Source: an uncultured virus (IMG/VR IMGVR_UViG_3300044627_003959)
Lineage: Duplodnaviria > Heunggongvirae > Uroviricota > Caudoviricetes
Virus record (IMG/VR): IMGVR_UViG_3300044627_003959
Direction: 5' to 3' (one strand)
DNA length: 64,000 bases
Both the position numbers and the translations under genes were made by a program. This document shows, one piece after another, positions 27,956-36,900 of this stretch (its first letter is position 1; every line of letters starts with the position of its first letter). Below the pieces are notes generated by a model. It was not told the origin of the DNA, ran no database searches, and worked only from the letters and a program-made list of their open reading frames with translations.

Positions 27956-27968
27956 TGTGTTATATAAA
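27956..27968 (+). promoter_or_regulatory. TGTGTTATATA-class promoter motif
   Basis: TGTGTTATATAAA, intergenic. Confidence 0.65.
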
Positions 27969-28025
27969 CATGTAGACCTAGATAGTACCTAGGGCGAATG
28001 CAATTAACAAACAAACAAAGCAAAT

Positions 28026-28409
28026 ATGAAAATCAGCAAAATTCTGGATACGGTGGCCCTGAACGCCTACGGGCTGTTCAGCATATTCCAACCCGCTCCC
28101 GAAACTCGTGAGGCCCTGTCTGAGGGTGCCCACAAAATCAGCGAGGCAAAGGCCGCGCTGAAGAGTGTTAAAGGGCAGGTGTATGCGAGTACACTGGCCC
28201 TTAACACGGCCCACACCCTTGAGCGCTCAGCACTCAAGGACAAACAGACTCAGGAGAGGGCCCTCCTGAGAGCGAACGCCGCTGAGGCCATCAGCACTGC
28301 GAAGGACAACCTTTCCACAGTGCGGGAACGCGCAGTGGAAAGTGTTGCCGAATCCCGCCGCCGCCGCTTGGCGGAGTCGGGGTTTGCCCTCGCAGCTGGC
28401 GCGGCGTAA
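28026..28409 (+). CDS. Ala-rich helical protein, GC-rich, with ssrA-like C-terminus
   Basis: Ends ESGFALAAGAA; own promoter motif and terminator. Confidence 0.75.
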   Translation: MKISKILDTVALNAYGLFSIFQPAPETREALSEGAHKISEAKAALKSVKGQVYASTLALNTAHTLERSALKDKQTQERALLRANAAEAISTAKDNLSTVRERAVESVAESRRRRLAESGFALAAGAA

Positions 28410-28412
28410 ATC

Positions 28413-28448
28413 AAACAGGCGCGGAGATATCTCCGCGCCTGTTTTTTT
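28413..28448. terminator. Terminator between convergent genes (perfect 32-bp palindrome)
   Basis: AAACAGGCGCGGAGAT|ATCTCCGCGCCTGTTT + T-tract. Confidence 0.85.
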
Positions 28449-28481
28449 ATCTATTGGCTTTTTTTTATCTATCAAGTCTTG

Positions 28482-28727
28482 TTACACGCCTTTACCCTTC
28501 TGCGCTATTTCTTGTAATAACATAGCTATACCCTTGGCCATGTCTTGATTATTAATCGCGCCTGCTGTATTCATTCCCCTGTCGAATCCTACTTGCTCGC
28601 CTAGTAAACCTCCAGCTAAACCTGATGTACCTGCTAACCCTAAGGCTTTCAGAATATATTTAATTTTACCTGCGTTGGCTTGTTTAACTATATACGAAGC
28701 GCTTGCTAATTTTTCGATGTTTTGCAT
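28482..28727 (-). CDS. Small Gly-rich membrane-type virion protein
   Basis: ATG at 28727: MQNIEKLASASYIVKQANAG...ALGLAGTSGLAGGLLG; carries KLAS and KQAN motifs like the head proteins. Confidence 0.7.
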   Translation of the reverse strand: MQNIEKLASASYIVKQANAGKIKYILKALGLAGTSGLAGGLLGEQVGFDRGMNTAGAINNQDMAKGIAMLLQEIAQKGKGV

Positions 28728-28738
28728 GATTAAGTGAG

Positions 28739-28786
28739 TTGTAAAGATTGGGTATTCAAATATACTGTGGTAAGGAAGTAAGTCAA
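28739..28786. promoter_or_regulatory. Overlapping divergent sigma70-like promoters
   Basis: + strand TTGTAA-N16-TATACT (28739-28766); - strand TTGACT-N16-TATATT (28786-28759). Confidence 0.45.
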
Positions 28787-28790
28787 AAAA

Positions 28791-29927
28791 ATGCAACAAC
28801 AAGCAATTCCAATTACAGGCCCCGAAGCAATAGCGCATGCGTTATCTCGAATTAATTTAGAGGGGCTGAGAGAAAAGCATTTGCAGCTTATAAAGTCTGG
28901 AGCGAAAAGCAAAAGAACAAAGTCTGTTCAAGCTTTAAATACTATTGAAGGTTTAAAAAGAAATGGGCTCACACCTGACAAACTTTTAATTAAAAGCGTA
29001 CCTGTAATACCCCCAGCGTTTAGACCATTCAGCGTAATAGGAAACGCCTTTGTTCCCGGGGATGCGAATGAACTTTATAGAGATATGTTTCAATTTAGAA
29101 ATATATACGAGGAGACTAAAAATGTCCTTGGTGAAAGAGGCAGCGCGCAAGCCAAATTAGATTTATACGATACTGTAAAAGCGCTATACGGTTACGGTAC
29201 GCCTATAGCAACGAAAACCAGACAGCGAGGTGTGGCTGGATTTTTAACTCAGATTACAGGTGTAAATCCTAAGTATTCGTTTTTTCAGCGTAAATTAATT
29301 TCTAAGCCTCAAGATTCTGTCAGCCGAGGTACCATTGCTGTTGATCCAGAATTATCGTTAGATGAAATAGGAGTACCTTTACAAATGGCATGGACTATGT
29401 ACGCGCCTTATATCCAGAGAAGGCTTGTACACAATGGAATGAATCCTTCGTCTGCTTTACAAAATATTAAAGACAGATCCGATTACGCTTTAAAAGCTTT
29501 GCATAAAGAAGTAGCAGAGCGTCCTGTAATTTATTCTCGTGCGCCTTCTTGGCATAAATTCAATGTTCTTGCCGGGAGGCCGAAACTTATTGAAGGAAAT
29601 ACAATAGCTATTAATCCTCTTGTTACGACTGGTTTAAATGCGGATTTTGATGGTGACGCAATGAACCTGCACGTACCCAGCCATCCTGACGCGGTGGATG
29701 AAGCATGGAAAAAGTTGATGCCGTCGAAAATGTTATTTTCCATTAGGAACCAGGACCAAGTCGTACCCTTACCGAAACAGGAGTTGATTTTAGGGCTTTA
29801 TACTGCTAATAGACGCGATGCTAAAAATAATCATTCTTTTAGTACAGAAGAAGATGCTTTAAAAGCAATCAGAACAGGGGCTATAAGACTTTCAGATGAG
29901 ATTGAAATTAAAGCTCCTAGTATCTGA
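28791..29927 (+). CDS. Phage RNA polymerase beta' middle (catalytic) fragment
   Basis: VPVIPPAFRP, DANELYR, SRGTIAVDPELSLDEIGVP, RAPSWH, catalytic NADFDGD, PKQELILGLY. Confidence 0.96.
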   Translation: MQQQAIPITGPEAIAHALSRINLEGLREKHLQLIKSGAKSKRTKSVQALNTIEGLKRNGLTPDKLLIKSVPVIPPAFRPFSVIGNAFVPGDANELYRDMFQFRNIYEETKNVLGERGSAQAKLDLYDTVKALYGYGTPIATKTRQRGVAGFLTQITGVNPKYSFFQRKLISKPQDSVSRGTIAVDPELSLDEIGVPLQMAWTMYAPYIQRRLVHNGMNPSSALQNIKDRSDYALKALHKEVAERPVIYSRAPSWHKFNVLAGRPKLIEGNTIAINPLVTTGLNADFDGDAMNLHVPSHPDAVDEAWKKLMPSKMLFSIRNQDQVVPLPKQELILGLYTANRRDAKNNHSFSTEEDALKAIRTGAIRLSDEIEIKAPSI

Positions 29928-29931
29928 TTTC

Positions 29932-29960
29932 TTGCACGGGATAACAATTTGATATACAAT
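29932..29960 (+). promoter_or_regulatory. sigma70-like promoter, probably leaderless transcript
   Basis: TTGCAC-N17-TACAAT; ATG 7 nt downstream. Confidence 0.6.
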
Positions 29961-29967
29961 ACTAAAT

Positions 29968-30417
29968 ATGACTGATTACTCGCAGAAAATAAGAGAAATT
30001 AACAGCTTGTCTGAAACATTAAAGCAGGCGTTCCAACCTATGCCTCAGGCTCCAGGAGAGGCCCCGCCTCAAGGCGCTCCCCCTATGGACCCAGCTATGA
30101 TGCAGCAAATGCAACAACAGGGAATGGACCCAGCTATGATGCAACAACAGGGAATGGACCCAGCTATGATGCAGCAGGCTGCGCCGCCCGCCGGAGATCC
30201 GGCGCAGCTAGAAGCTATGCTTTCTGAAGTTATGTCCGCTGTAGAGCAAGTCACCGCCGCCATGGAGCAGCAAGGCCAAGCGGCAGCGCAGCTACAACAA
30301 CAGATGCAGCAGATGCAAGCGGAGCACATGCAAATAGGAGCCAGGATAGACATGCTCGAAAAGGCCTTCAAAGATTCGGCTTCTCCTTTAGAGGGCGTAC
30401 CAGCAGAGGCGATGTAA
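29968..30417 (+). CDS. Gln/Met/Pro-rich probable head protein
   Basis: KQA near the N-terminus; three MDPAMMQQ repeats; C-terminal coiled coil. Confidence 0.75.
   Translation: MTDYSQKIREINSLSETLKQAFQPMPQAPGEAPPQGAPPMDPAMMQQMQQQGMDPAMMQQQGMDPAMMQQAAPPAGDPAQLEAMLSEVMSAVEQVTAAMEQQGQAAAQLQQQMQQMQAEHMQIGARIDMLEKAFKDSASPLEGVPAEAM
30085..30177 (+). repeat. Coding tandem repeat (about 30 bp, MDPAMMQQ x3)
   Basis: atggacccagctatgatgca occurs three times. Confidence 0.9.
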
Positions 30418-30421
30418 CATT

Positions 30422-30649
30422 ATGATACGTTTGAGAGACAAGCACGGAAATATTCTAACCCTCCCCTTTGAGCCCGGTTTTGTGGAGGTATGTGATACAA
30501 ATGCAGATGTGGCCTGCGCTATATATTCGGATTCTAAAGGCTTTGTTCATATAGTTACTAATCAATCGCATGAGGCTAAAAGATATTCCGAGATATTTAA
30601 ATTAAAGTTCACACCCATTATTAACATTCCAGCGGAGTTAAAAGACTAA
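30422..30649 (+). CDS. Hypothetical protein
   Basis: ORF track, operon packing. Confidence 0.65.
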   Translation: MIRLRDKHGNILTLPFEPGFVEVCDTNADVACAIYSDSKGFVHIVTNQSHEAKRYSEIFKLKFTPIINIPAELKD

Positions 30650-30650
30650 T

Positions 30651-31241
30651 ATGTTTAGAGCAGGACGCACATATATAAGCGGAGGAAGTAGTACCGTCAC
30701 AGTCAGCTTTGGCGCTACTTTTTCCGCAGCACCCACAACAGTTATTGGTACTGTGTCTAATACTGCAGGGGGTACTTATTATTTGTTGTATCCCACTTTA
30801 ATATCAGCTTCTACCTCTGCCTGTGTATTCGAACTCAGCGCTACAACAAATAATGCGTCCTACGCCCTATCCTGGATTGCAACTGATGACAGCACAATAA
30901 CTGCAGGCGCTGGCGCTACCGGGGCCACTGGTTCCACGGGATCGACTGGTGCTACAGGCTCAACCGGCTCTACTGGTGCTACAGGCTCAACCGGCTCTAC
31001 TGGTGCTACAGGCTCAACCGGCTCTACTGGTGCAACCGGCGCTAACTCTACTGTTCCAGGCCCTACCGGCGCTACGGGCTCTACCGGAGCAGCGGCTATT
31101 CCCGCCAAGCCTATTAACAGAGTTTCTGCTAGAACGAGTATTTCGGCTAATGATTATATTCTCTTACAGTCCACGTCTGGAGGTAGTCCTGTATCTGTGC
31201 GCATATCATTAAGCGATTTAAAAACTTTTATAACGAGTTAA
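30651..31241 (+). CDS. Collagen-like (G-x-T) fibre/appendage protein
   Basis: Long run of GAT/GST triplets after a beta-rich N-terminal domain ([14 protein letters not shown]). Confidence 0.75.
   Translation: MFRAGRTYISGGSSTVTVSFGATFSAAPTTVIGTVSNTAGGTYYLLYPTLISASTSACVFELSATTNNASYALSWIATDDSTITAGAGATGATGSTGSTGATGSTGSTGATGSTGSTGATGSTGSTGATGANSTVPGPTGATGSTGAAAIPAKPINRVSARTSISANDYILLQSTSGGSPVSVRISLSDLKTFITS
30945..31025 (+). repeat. 27-bp exact tandem repeat x3
   Basis: actggtgctacaggctcaaccggctct. Confidence 0.95.
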
Positions 31242-31242
31242 C

Positions 31243-32109
31243 ATGGCTGGAATAGTTCCAATTTCAAATGCTATATTTAGTGATGCGCCTGATTTTAATT
31301 TTCAGAGCGTCACTGGTGTTACGGGTGTTGCTTTTCATAAGTTCGAAAGCGCATACGTTCTCGGGCCCTCTGCAACGTTGAGTTTAAATGATAGTCATGT
31401 ATATAATATTTATATAAACGAATCAGGTAATAAGTACATCAGCACTGTAGATACTACAATACCTGGGGGTGAGATTATATTTATAGTTAATGCTGGGTAT
31501 ATAAATTTTTCTGGTGCGAATTTTACGGGCGGCGTGTCTTTGACTGATGGCGCTGTGTTGATTGGGCCTTGTTCGGCTAAACTTATTTTAAATGAAGGAT
31601 TTCCTACTTTAACTTCAAATAATAAATCAGATATTCTTGTTTTAAATGGCGCGGATTGCTGCAACAACAGTAAAACTTTATATCAAGTAGGCGAATCATT
31701 TAGTACAGATCGACTTATATACACTTCAGCCGCGTTACTAACACTAGCTAATACTTCTGCTATTACAGAGGGACCTGTAATTATAAGTGGTAACGCGTAT
31801 AATATAACCGAAGGAGTTCCAAGTATTACATCGTGTGCTACAGTTGACTATAATGAAGGTTACGTGTTTTATGACTACGGCGGTTCATCCTATACGATGT
31901 ACACAAATGCCGCTAGTATCAGTTACTTATCAGATGATGTAAAAAATTATAGATGGAAAACGATTGTGACTTCATCAATGTACTCGTGTGCTAGTACTAA
32001 TGATGTTGCTAGTGGTTGCTACTACCGAGCATATGATCCGATTTACGGGCCCTCCGCCCCGGCTACGTTTTTTAATGGTCTCATAGTTGATACTTTAACC
32101 TACTGTTGA
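31243..32109 (+). CDS. Putative fibre/receptor-binding protein, paralog 1
   Basis: Ser/Thr/Gly/Tyr-rich; MAGIVPISN start and DCCN motif shared with 32534. Confidence 0.6.
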   Translation: MAGIVPISNAIFSDAPDFNFQSVTGVTGVAFHKFESAYVLGPSATLSLNDSHVYNIYINESGNKYISTVDTTIPGGEIIFIVNAGYINFSGANFTGGVSLTDGAVLIGPCSAKLILNEGFPTLTSNNKSDILVLNGADCCNNSKTLYQVGESFSTDRLIYTSAALLTLANTSAITEGPVIISGNAYNITEGVPSITSCATVDYNEGYVFYDYGGSSYTMYTNAASISYLSDDVKNYRWKTIVTSSMYSCASTNDVASGCYYRAYDPIYGPSAPATFFNGLIVDTLTYC

Positions 32110-32139
32110 TGCTGTAACCTGACGTCTGCACATATAATT

Positions 32140-32532
32140 ATGCCTGGTATTATTCCATTATCTAATATTAAACTACTTAACTCTTTTGATTTAAATAATC
32201 AAGCGTCAGTTAATACGAAAAGTGCGAGAGGGTACATAGTAGATACATCCTTACAGTCCGCCCCGGGTATTTACAGTATCGGGGCTAACACAGCAGGAAG
32301 ATTTTATATTTTAGCTTATGGCGGCTCTAACCAAATAACATTGGCTAATACCAATTATCAAATTGGAGATTCTATGCTATTCAGTCAATCTTTGAATTTA
32401 ACTTTTGTCATCACAGGCGGGAGCGTAGACTACGACAGCTTATCAGGAGACCCGCAACAATCCGTTGCGGGAAATGTAGCGCAGTTAGTTAAACTTAGTT
32501 CGTCACAGTGGTTAACAATAAATTATACTTAA
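32140..32532 (+). CDS. Putative fibre-associated protein, short paralog
   Basis: MPGIIPLSN...FDLNNQ start homologous to neighbours. Confidence 0.6.
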   Translation: MPGIIPLSNIKLLNSFDLNNQASVNTKSARGYIVDTSLQSAPGIYSIGANTAGRFYILAYGGSNQITLANTNYQIGDSMLFSQSLNLTFVITGGSVDYDSLSGDPQQSVAGNVAQLVKLSSSQWLTINYT

Positions 32533-32533
32533 T

Positions 32534-33400
32534 ATGGCAGGTTTAGTTCCATTACAAAATGCGGTGGTAGAAACTAGCATTGATTTTAATAATAAACGCG
32601 TATCTAATAATGCGGGTTTTCATAGATACAATGTTTTAGCTTCAGCCGATACCTACTATACTGCCACGGCGTCTGATTTTAATTCAGTTATTGTGTTCAG
32701 TGGTAATGTTACTGTCGAAATTAATACTGGAGCTACAGGCAGCTTAAATTATGGCGCTGAGCTAATTTTGATTAGTAATACAGGCAGAGTTAAAGTTTTA
32801 GATTCTGATACACGCTTTTCTCAAGGACCTACTAAAGCTATTAAATTAATTTATACAGGACCGGAAATAACAGGCAAACCATATAAGTTTCTGTATACTG
32901 GTGCTGTTGCCTCCGTGTATACAACCAATTACACGGATTGTTGCAATAGTGCAGCAAGTGTTTACCAGTTATTGAGGAGCGATGCAGTTGGTTTTGACTA
33001 TTGGAAACTTATTTATAAAGATGCAGAATGCACTACACTATTTAACGGCACAATGACTGAGGGCGGTAGTTGGTATAACGTAATTTCCGGAGTAGCAGGA
33101 CCTGGCTCGTTTTGCGTGCCTAATGATTATACTTCTGTATATAGTTATTTTTATGTAAATTCAGATCTATCCGACCCATCTCCTATATCTTTATCATCGG
33201 TAGGCGGGTTAGCTTCAGGTAATAGCCCTGCTGCGTTTACAGGAAATAAATTCTTTGATGCCCCTTTAACCGCATTGGACTGTTTCAACACTGGAGCTGC
33301 TAATGCGACTTACTACTATAGCAAGAGCGGAGGCGATGGGTCAGTATATCTTTGTAATTTCTCATATGGTTATTTATTGAGCTGGAGCCAAGTTCTTTAA
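32534..33400 (+). CDS. Putative fibre/receptor-binding protein, paralog 2
   Basis: MAGLVPLQN...IDFNN...GFH; DCCN...YQ...LIY; 288 aa, same length as paralog 1. Confidence 0.6.
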   Translation: MAGLVPLQNAVVETSIDFNNKRVSNNAGFHRYNVLASADTYYTATASDFNSVIVFSGNVTVEINTGATGSLNYGAELILISNTGRVKVLDSDTRFSQGPTKAIKLIYTGPEITGKPYKFLYTGAVASVYTTNYTDCCNSAASVYQLLRSDAVGFDYWKLIYKDAECTTLFNGTMTEGGSWYNVISGVAGPGSFCVPNDYTSVYSYFYVNSDLSDPSPISLSSVGGLASGNSPAAFTGNKFFDAPLTALDCFNTGAANATYYYSKSGGDGSVYLCNFSYGYLLSWSQVL

Positions 33401-33402
33401 TT

Positions 33403-33528
33403 ATGCAGAATGTAACAAAACATATAAGTAATACAGAAGCATTTAAAGCATGCGCGTTGGGTGTGAGCGCAGGCGTTTTTGTCGGCTTCTTACTATATAA
33501 AATTTGCTATCTTTTAGCATCCATGTAA
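33403..33528 (+). CDS. 41-aa single-TM peptide (below the ORF-track cutoff)
   Basis: MQNVTKHISNTEAFKACALGVSAGVFVGFLLYKICYLLASM; fills the gap 2 nt after the upstream stop. Confidence 0.45.
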   Translation: MQNVTKHISNTEAFKACALGVSAGVFVGFLLYKICYLLASM

Positions 33529-33550
33529 ATTAGATAATCCTTATTTTATT

Positions 33551-33907
33551 ATGAAAGTTAATCCAGTTTCACAGCTTTACACATTTTTTTCAGGGACTAC
33601 TGCGCAAGGCGCTACTAGTGATGACCTATTCCGAGGTTTTCACACACACCACATGATTCAGGTGAGCACCGTAGGAGCTACAGCTCAGACATTTACATTG
33701 TACACGAGTGCTGACGGAAATGTTTGGTCCGCTATCAGAGACAATACTGATGTCGATAGTACTGTAGCCGGGTACACCGGGACTAATGCTTCTGGCGTTA
33801 TTAATTTAATTGGCAGCTACCCTTATTTCAGAATTGTCACAGGCTCTTCTGTCAGTACAGACCCATTCACCGCTACCATCTACAGCACAAATCGTACTAT
33901 TACTTAA
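33551..33907 (+). CDS. Small beta-rich probable virion protein
   Basis: LYTSADGNVW...YPYFRIV; Thr/Ser-rich. Confidence 0.65.
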   Translation: MKVNPVSQLYTFFSGTTAQGATSDDLFRGFHTHHMIQVSTVGATAQTFTLYTSADGNVWSAIRDNTDVDSTVAGYTGTNASGVINLIGSYPYFRIVTGSSVSTDPFTATIYSTNRTIT

Positions 33908-36900
33908 TGAAGGCTATTCAGCTATTGGTCAACAGCCAATTACCGCCAGATTTACGTGATTATACGCGTGAATATGATTCTAAATCAATAGGATCATTGA
34001 TGGCTGAAGTGGCTAGGAAATATCCGGATCAATATGAGCGGATATCTAAATTCATTTCAGACGTCGGCAGAAAAGCTAGTTATTTTCAAGGCGAGTCACT
34101 CACGCTTGAAGACAACAGACCTGTTATAGATAGGGACAAATTACTATCTGAAATGGATTTAGAGATTGAGGAGGCCAGCCGTAACACTCCAGATAAAGAA
34201 GAATTCGATAAAAATAAAATCGGAATCTGGACTAAATATAATGAAAAGATTCAAAAGGAGACAGGCAGAGAAGCATTAGCTAGAAAAAATAATCTCGCTT
34301 ACTCTGTAATATCAGGTGCTAGAGGTAAGTTACCTCAGCTTAAGATGATGCTCTCCACTCCCGGGTTGTACACAGACGCGCAGGATAATGTGATTCCCCT
34401 GTTTGTTCGTACTTCTTTTGCCGAGGGGCTTAGACCTGCAGAGTACTTAGCCGGTACGTATGGCGCTCGTAAATCTGTGCTCTGTTTACAGCAGGATACA
34501 CTTGTAAGATTAGCTGACGGCTCGTCATTAGCTATTAAGCATATAAAACCTGGCATGAGTGTATTGGGCGCGGATAAGGAAGGAAATACATTCCCTGTTC
34601 GCGTATTGCGTACTTATGATCAAGGACTTCAACCCGTGTATCGCTATACATTTAGACGCGGATGCGGCGGGGGAAAACATGAAGTAGTCTGCACAGCCAA
34701 ACATGCGTTTCTTCAGAACGATTACAAAGCATATAATCATTCTTATAATATATTTAAAAAAGGAAAAGCGCCAAGACCTCAAGCGGAGTTAATACATAAC
34801 AAGTCAGTATACCCGATAGGAGAAAAAAGACCCAGGCAGGCTGCTGTATTGGCCGGAGGCACGCAATTTAACGGGCGTAAAGAGCCGTACGCTCTTATGT
34901 TGGGTATTTTAACTGGAGATGGATGTCTGACAAATTCAGACTTAAGAATTAGACTTTCATGTGCTGATGAAAGCATGATAAGTGATTTGGCAGAATATAT
35001 GCATAGTCTGAATTTAAAAATATCAGTTCGTAGAACTGCGGATAATTTCGATTGGGAAATTGTAGCATCTAATTATACAGCTGCGGGTAATAAGAGTATT
35101 CAGAAAGGTATACAAGGTTTTGTCGCTGAAGCCCGCATGCCGCACAAGCAGATTTTAATAGATGAAGGTTTGGCGTTCCATCGCGCTGAAACTAAAAAAC
35201 TTCCTGCTAATATACATGAATGGGATAATGAATCTGCTGCTGCGTATATTGCAGGATTGCTCGCTACTGACGGTTCTATATATTTTGATGCAAACACAGG
35301 ATATCCTCGTGTGTCATTTGCTATGACCGCTAAAGATGTGATATTCGGCTTACATAAATTATTACAGCACAGATTTGGTGTTTATGGTACAGAAATATTT
35401 TTCCGTGACGAGGGAGGATTTGGATCTAGTTCCTCATTAAGAAAAAACCGTTTATGGGAATTTAGTATAACGACGGACACAGGCATTAAAAGGCTGCTGT
35501 CCTCGCTACCTCCTATCCCAGGTTGCAAAGAAAATAAAAGACAACAAGCGCTACTAAATAAGCTTAAACAAAAAAATCCATATCCCAAGGCTCGTTTAGA
35601 ATTTGTTAAAGACGAAGGTTTGGCGCATTGTTATGATATTGAAGTGGATCATCCAGACCATCTGTTCGTATTAGATTCTGGGCTTATTACAAGCAACTCG
35701 ACCAAGCGGGCAACCGCAAAAGGCGGTGACTTAGCTAAGCAAATGGTACAGTCTGCCGCTCGCCTTGTTGTGGCTGAAAATGATTGCGGCGCTGCTAACG
35801 GTATCGATTTGAGTATGGACGATAAAAGCCTCAGGGGTCGCGTGCTAGCTAGGGATTTTGGAGACGTATCTGCGGGTACAGTTTTAGACAAGAACGCGTT
35901 AGCATCTCTTAGAAAAAAGGGAGCTGAAAATATTATTGTTCGCAGCGCTATGACATGCCAAGCGAAAGAGGGAGTATGTGCTAAGTGTATGGGTTTAAAC
36001 GCTTTAGGTAAATTTCCATCTAAAGGAGACGCGGTGGGTATTACTGCTGCGCAGGCTATTGGCGAGCCTATTACGCAAGGAGCTTTAAATGTTAAACATC
36101 AAGGCGGCGCGGCGGGAGCCAGCAACAGATTTGCAGGCTTTTCTGTTATTAATCAATTTGTGCAGACCCCTGACACATTCCCAGATAAGGCTGTATTATC
36201 CAAAAAGGACGGTCAAATTAATAGTATAATAGAAGCCCCGCAGGGAGGCTACTATGTCACAGTGGATAATGAACCGCACTACGTTTCTCCTGGTTACCCT
36301 GTTACCGTTAAGGTAGGAGATCGCGTGGAGGCCGGAGATATGGTTTCCGAAGGCTTGGCGGATCCTGGGGAAATAGTGGAACTACGCGGGTTAGGCGAAG
36401 GTAGGAAATATTACGCTGATAAATTAAAGCAGTTACTGGATGACTCGGGTATGGAAACTGACCGGCGCAATACAGAACTAATGTCCAGAGCCGCGTTGGA
36501 TCATCTGCAGATTACCGATGTAAAAGAAGGCGATGAATATTTACCTGATGACGTAGTTAGCTACTCATATTTTTCTAATAGGTACACACCACCTAAAGAT
36601 ACGCTTAAAGTCAAAACAGATAAATCTATTGGCACATTCTTACAATCCCCGGTGTTGCACTACACCATAGGTACTAAGATCACGCCGAAGATATCAAAAC
36701 ATTTAACGAGCACCGGGTTTAATGAAGTTTTTTCAAGCACGGAGTCCCCGACATTTAAACCTCACATGGTACGTCTCCGAGCGGCCACACACCATGGTAC
36801 AGATTGGCTTGCTTCAATGCACACTTCTTATTTAAAGAAACAATTAAGCGATGCCGCTATCAGGGGCGAAGAAACAAATATAGAAAGTAATATTCATTTT

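Noticed and set aside
28728..28838. Longer N-terminus of minus-strand ORF 28482..28838
   Set aside because: Overlaps the beta' gene start and the divergent promoters; ATG at 28727 gives a typical K-x-A leader
30085..31025. CRISPR array or DGR repeats
   Set aside because: Repeats are in-frame coding tandem units without unique spacers; no cas or reverse transcriptase gene seen in the window
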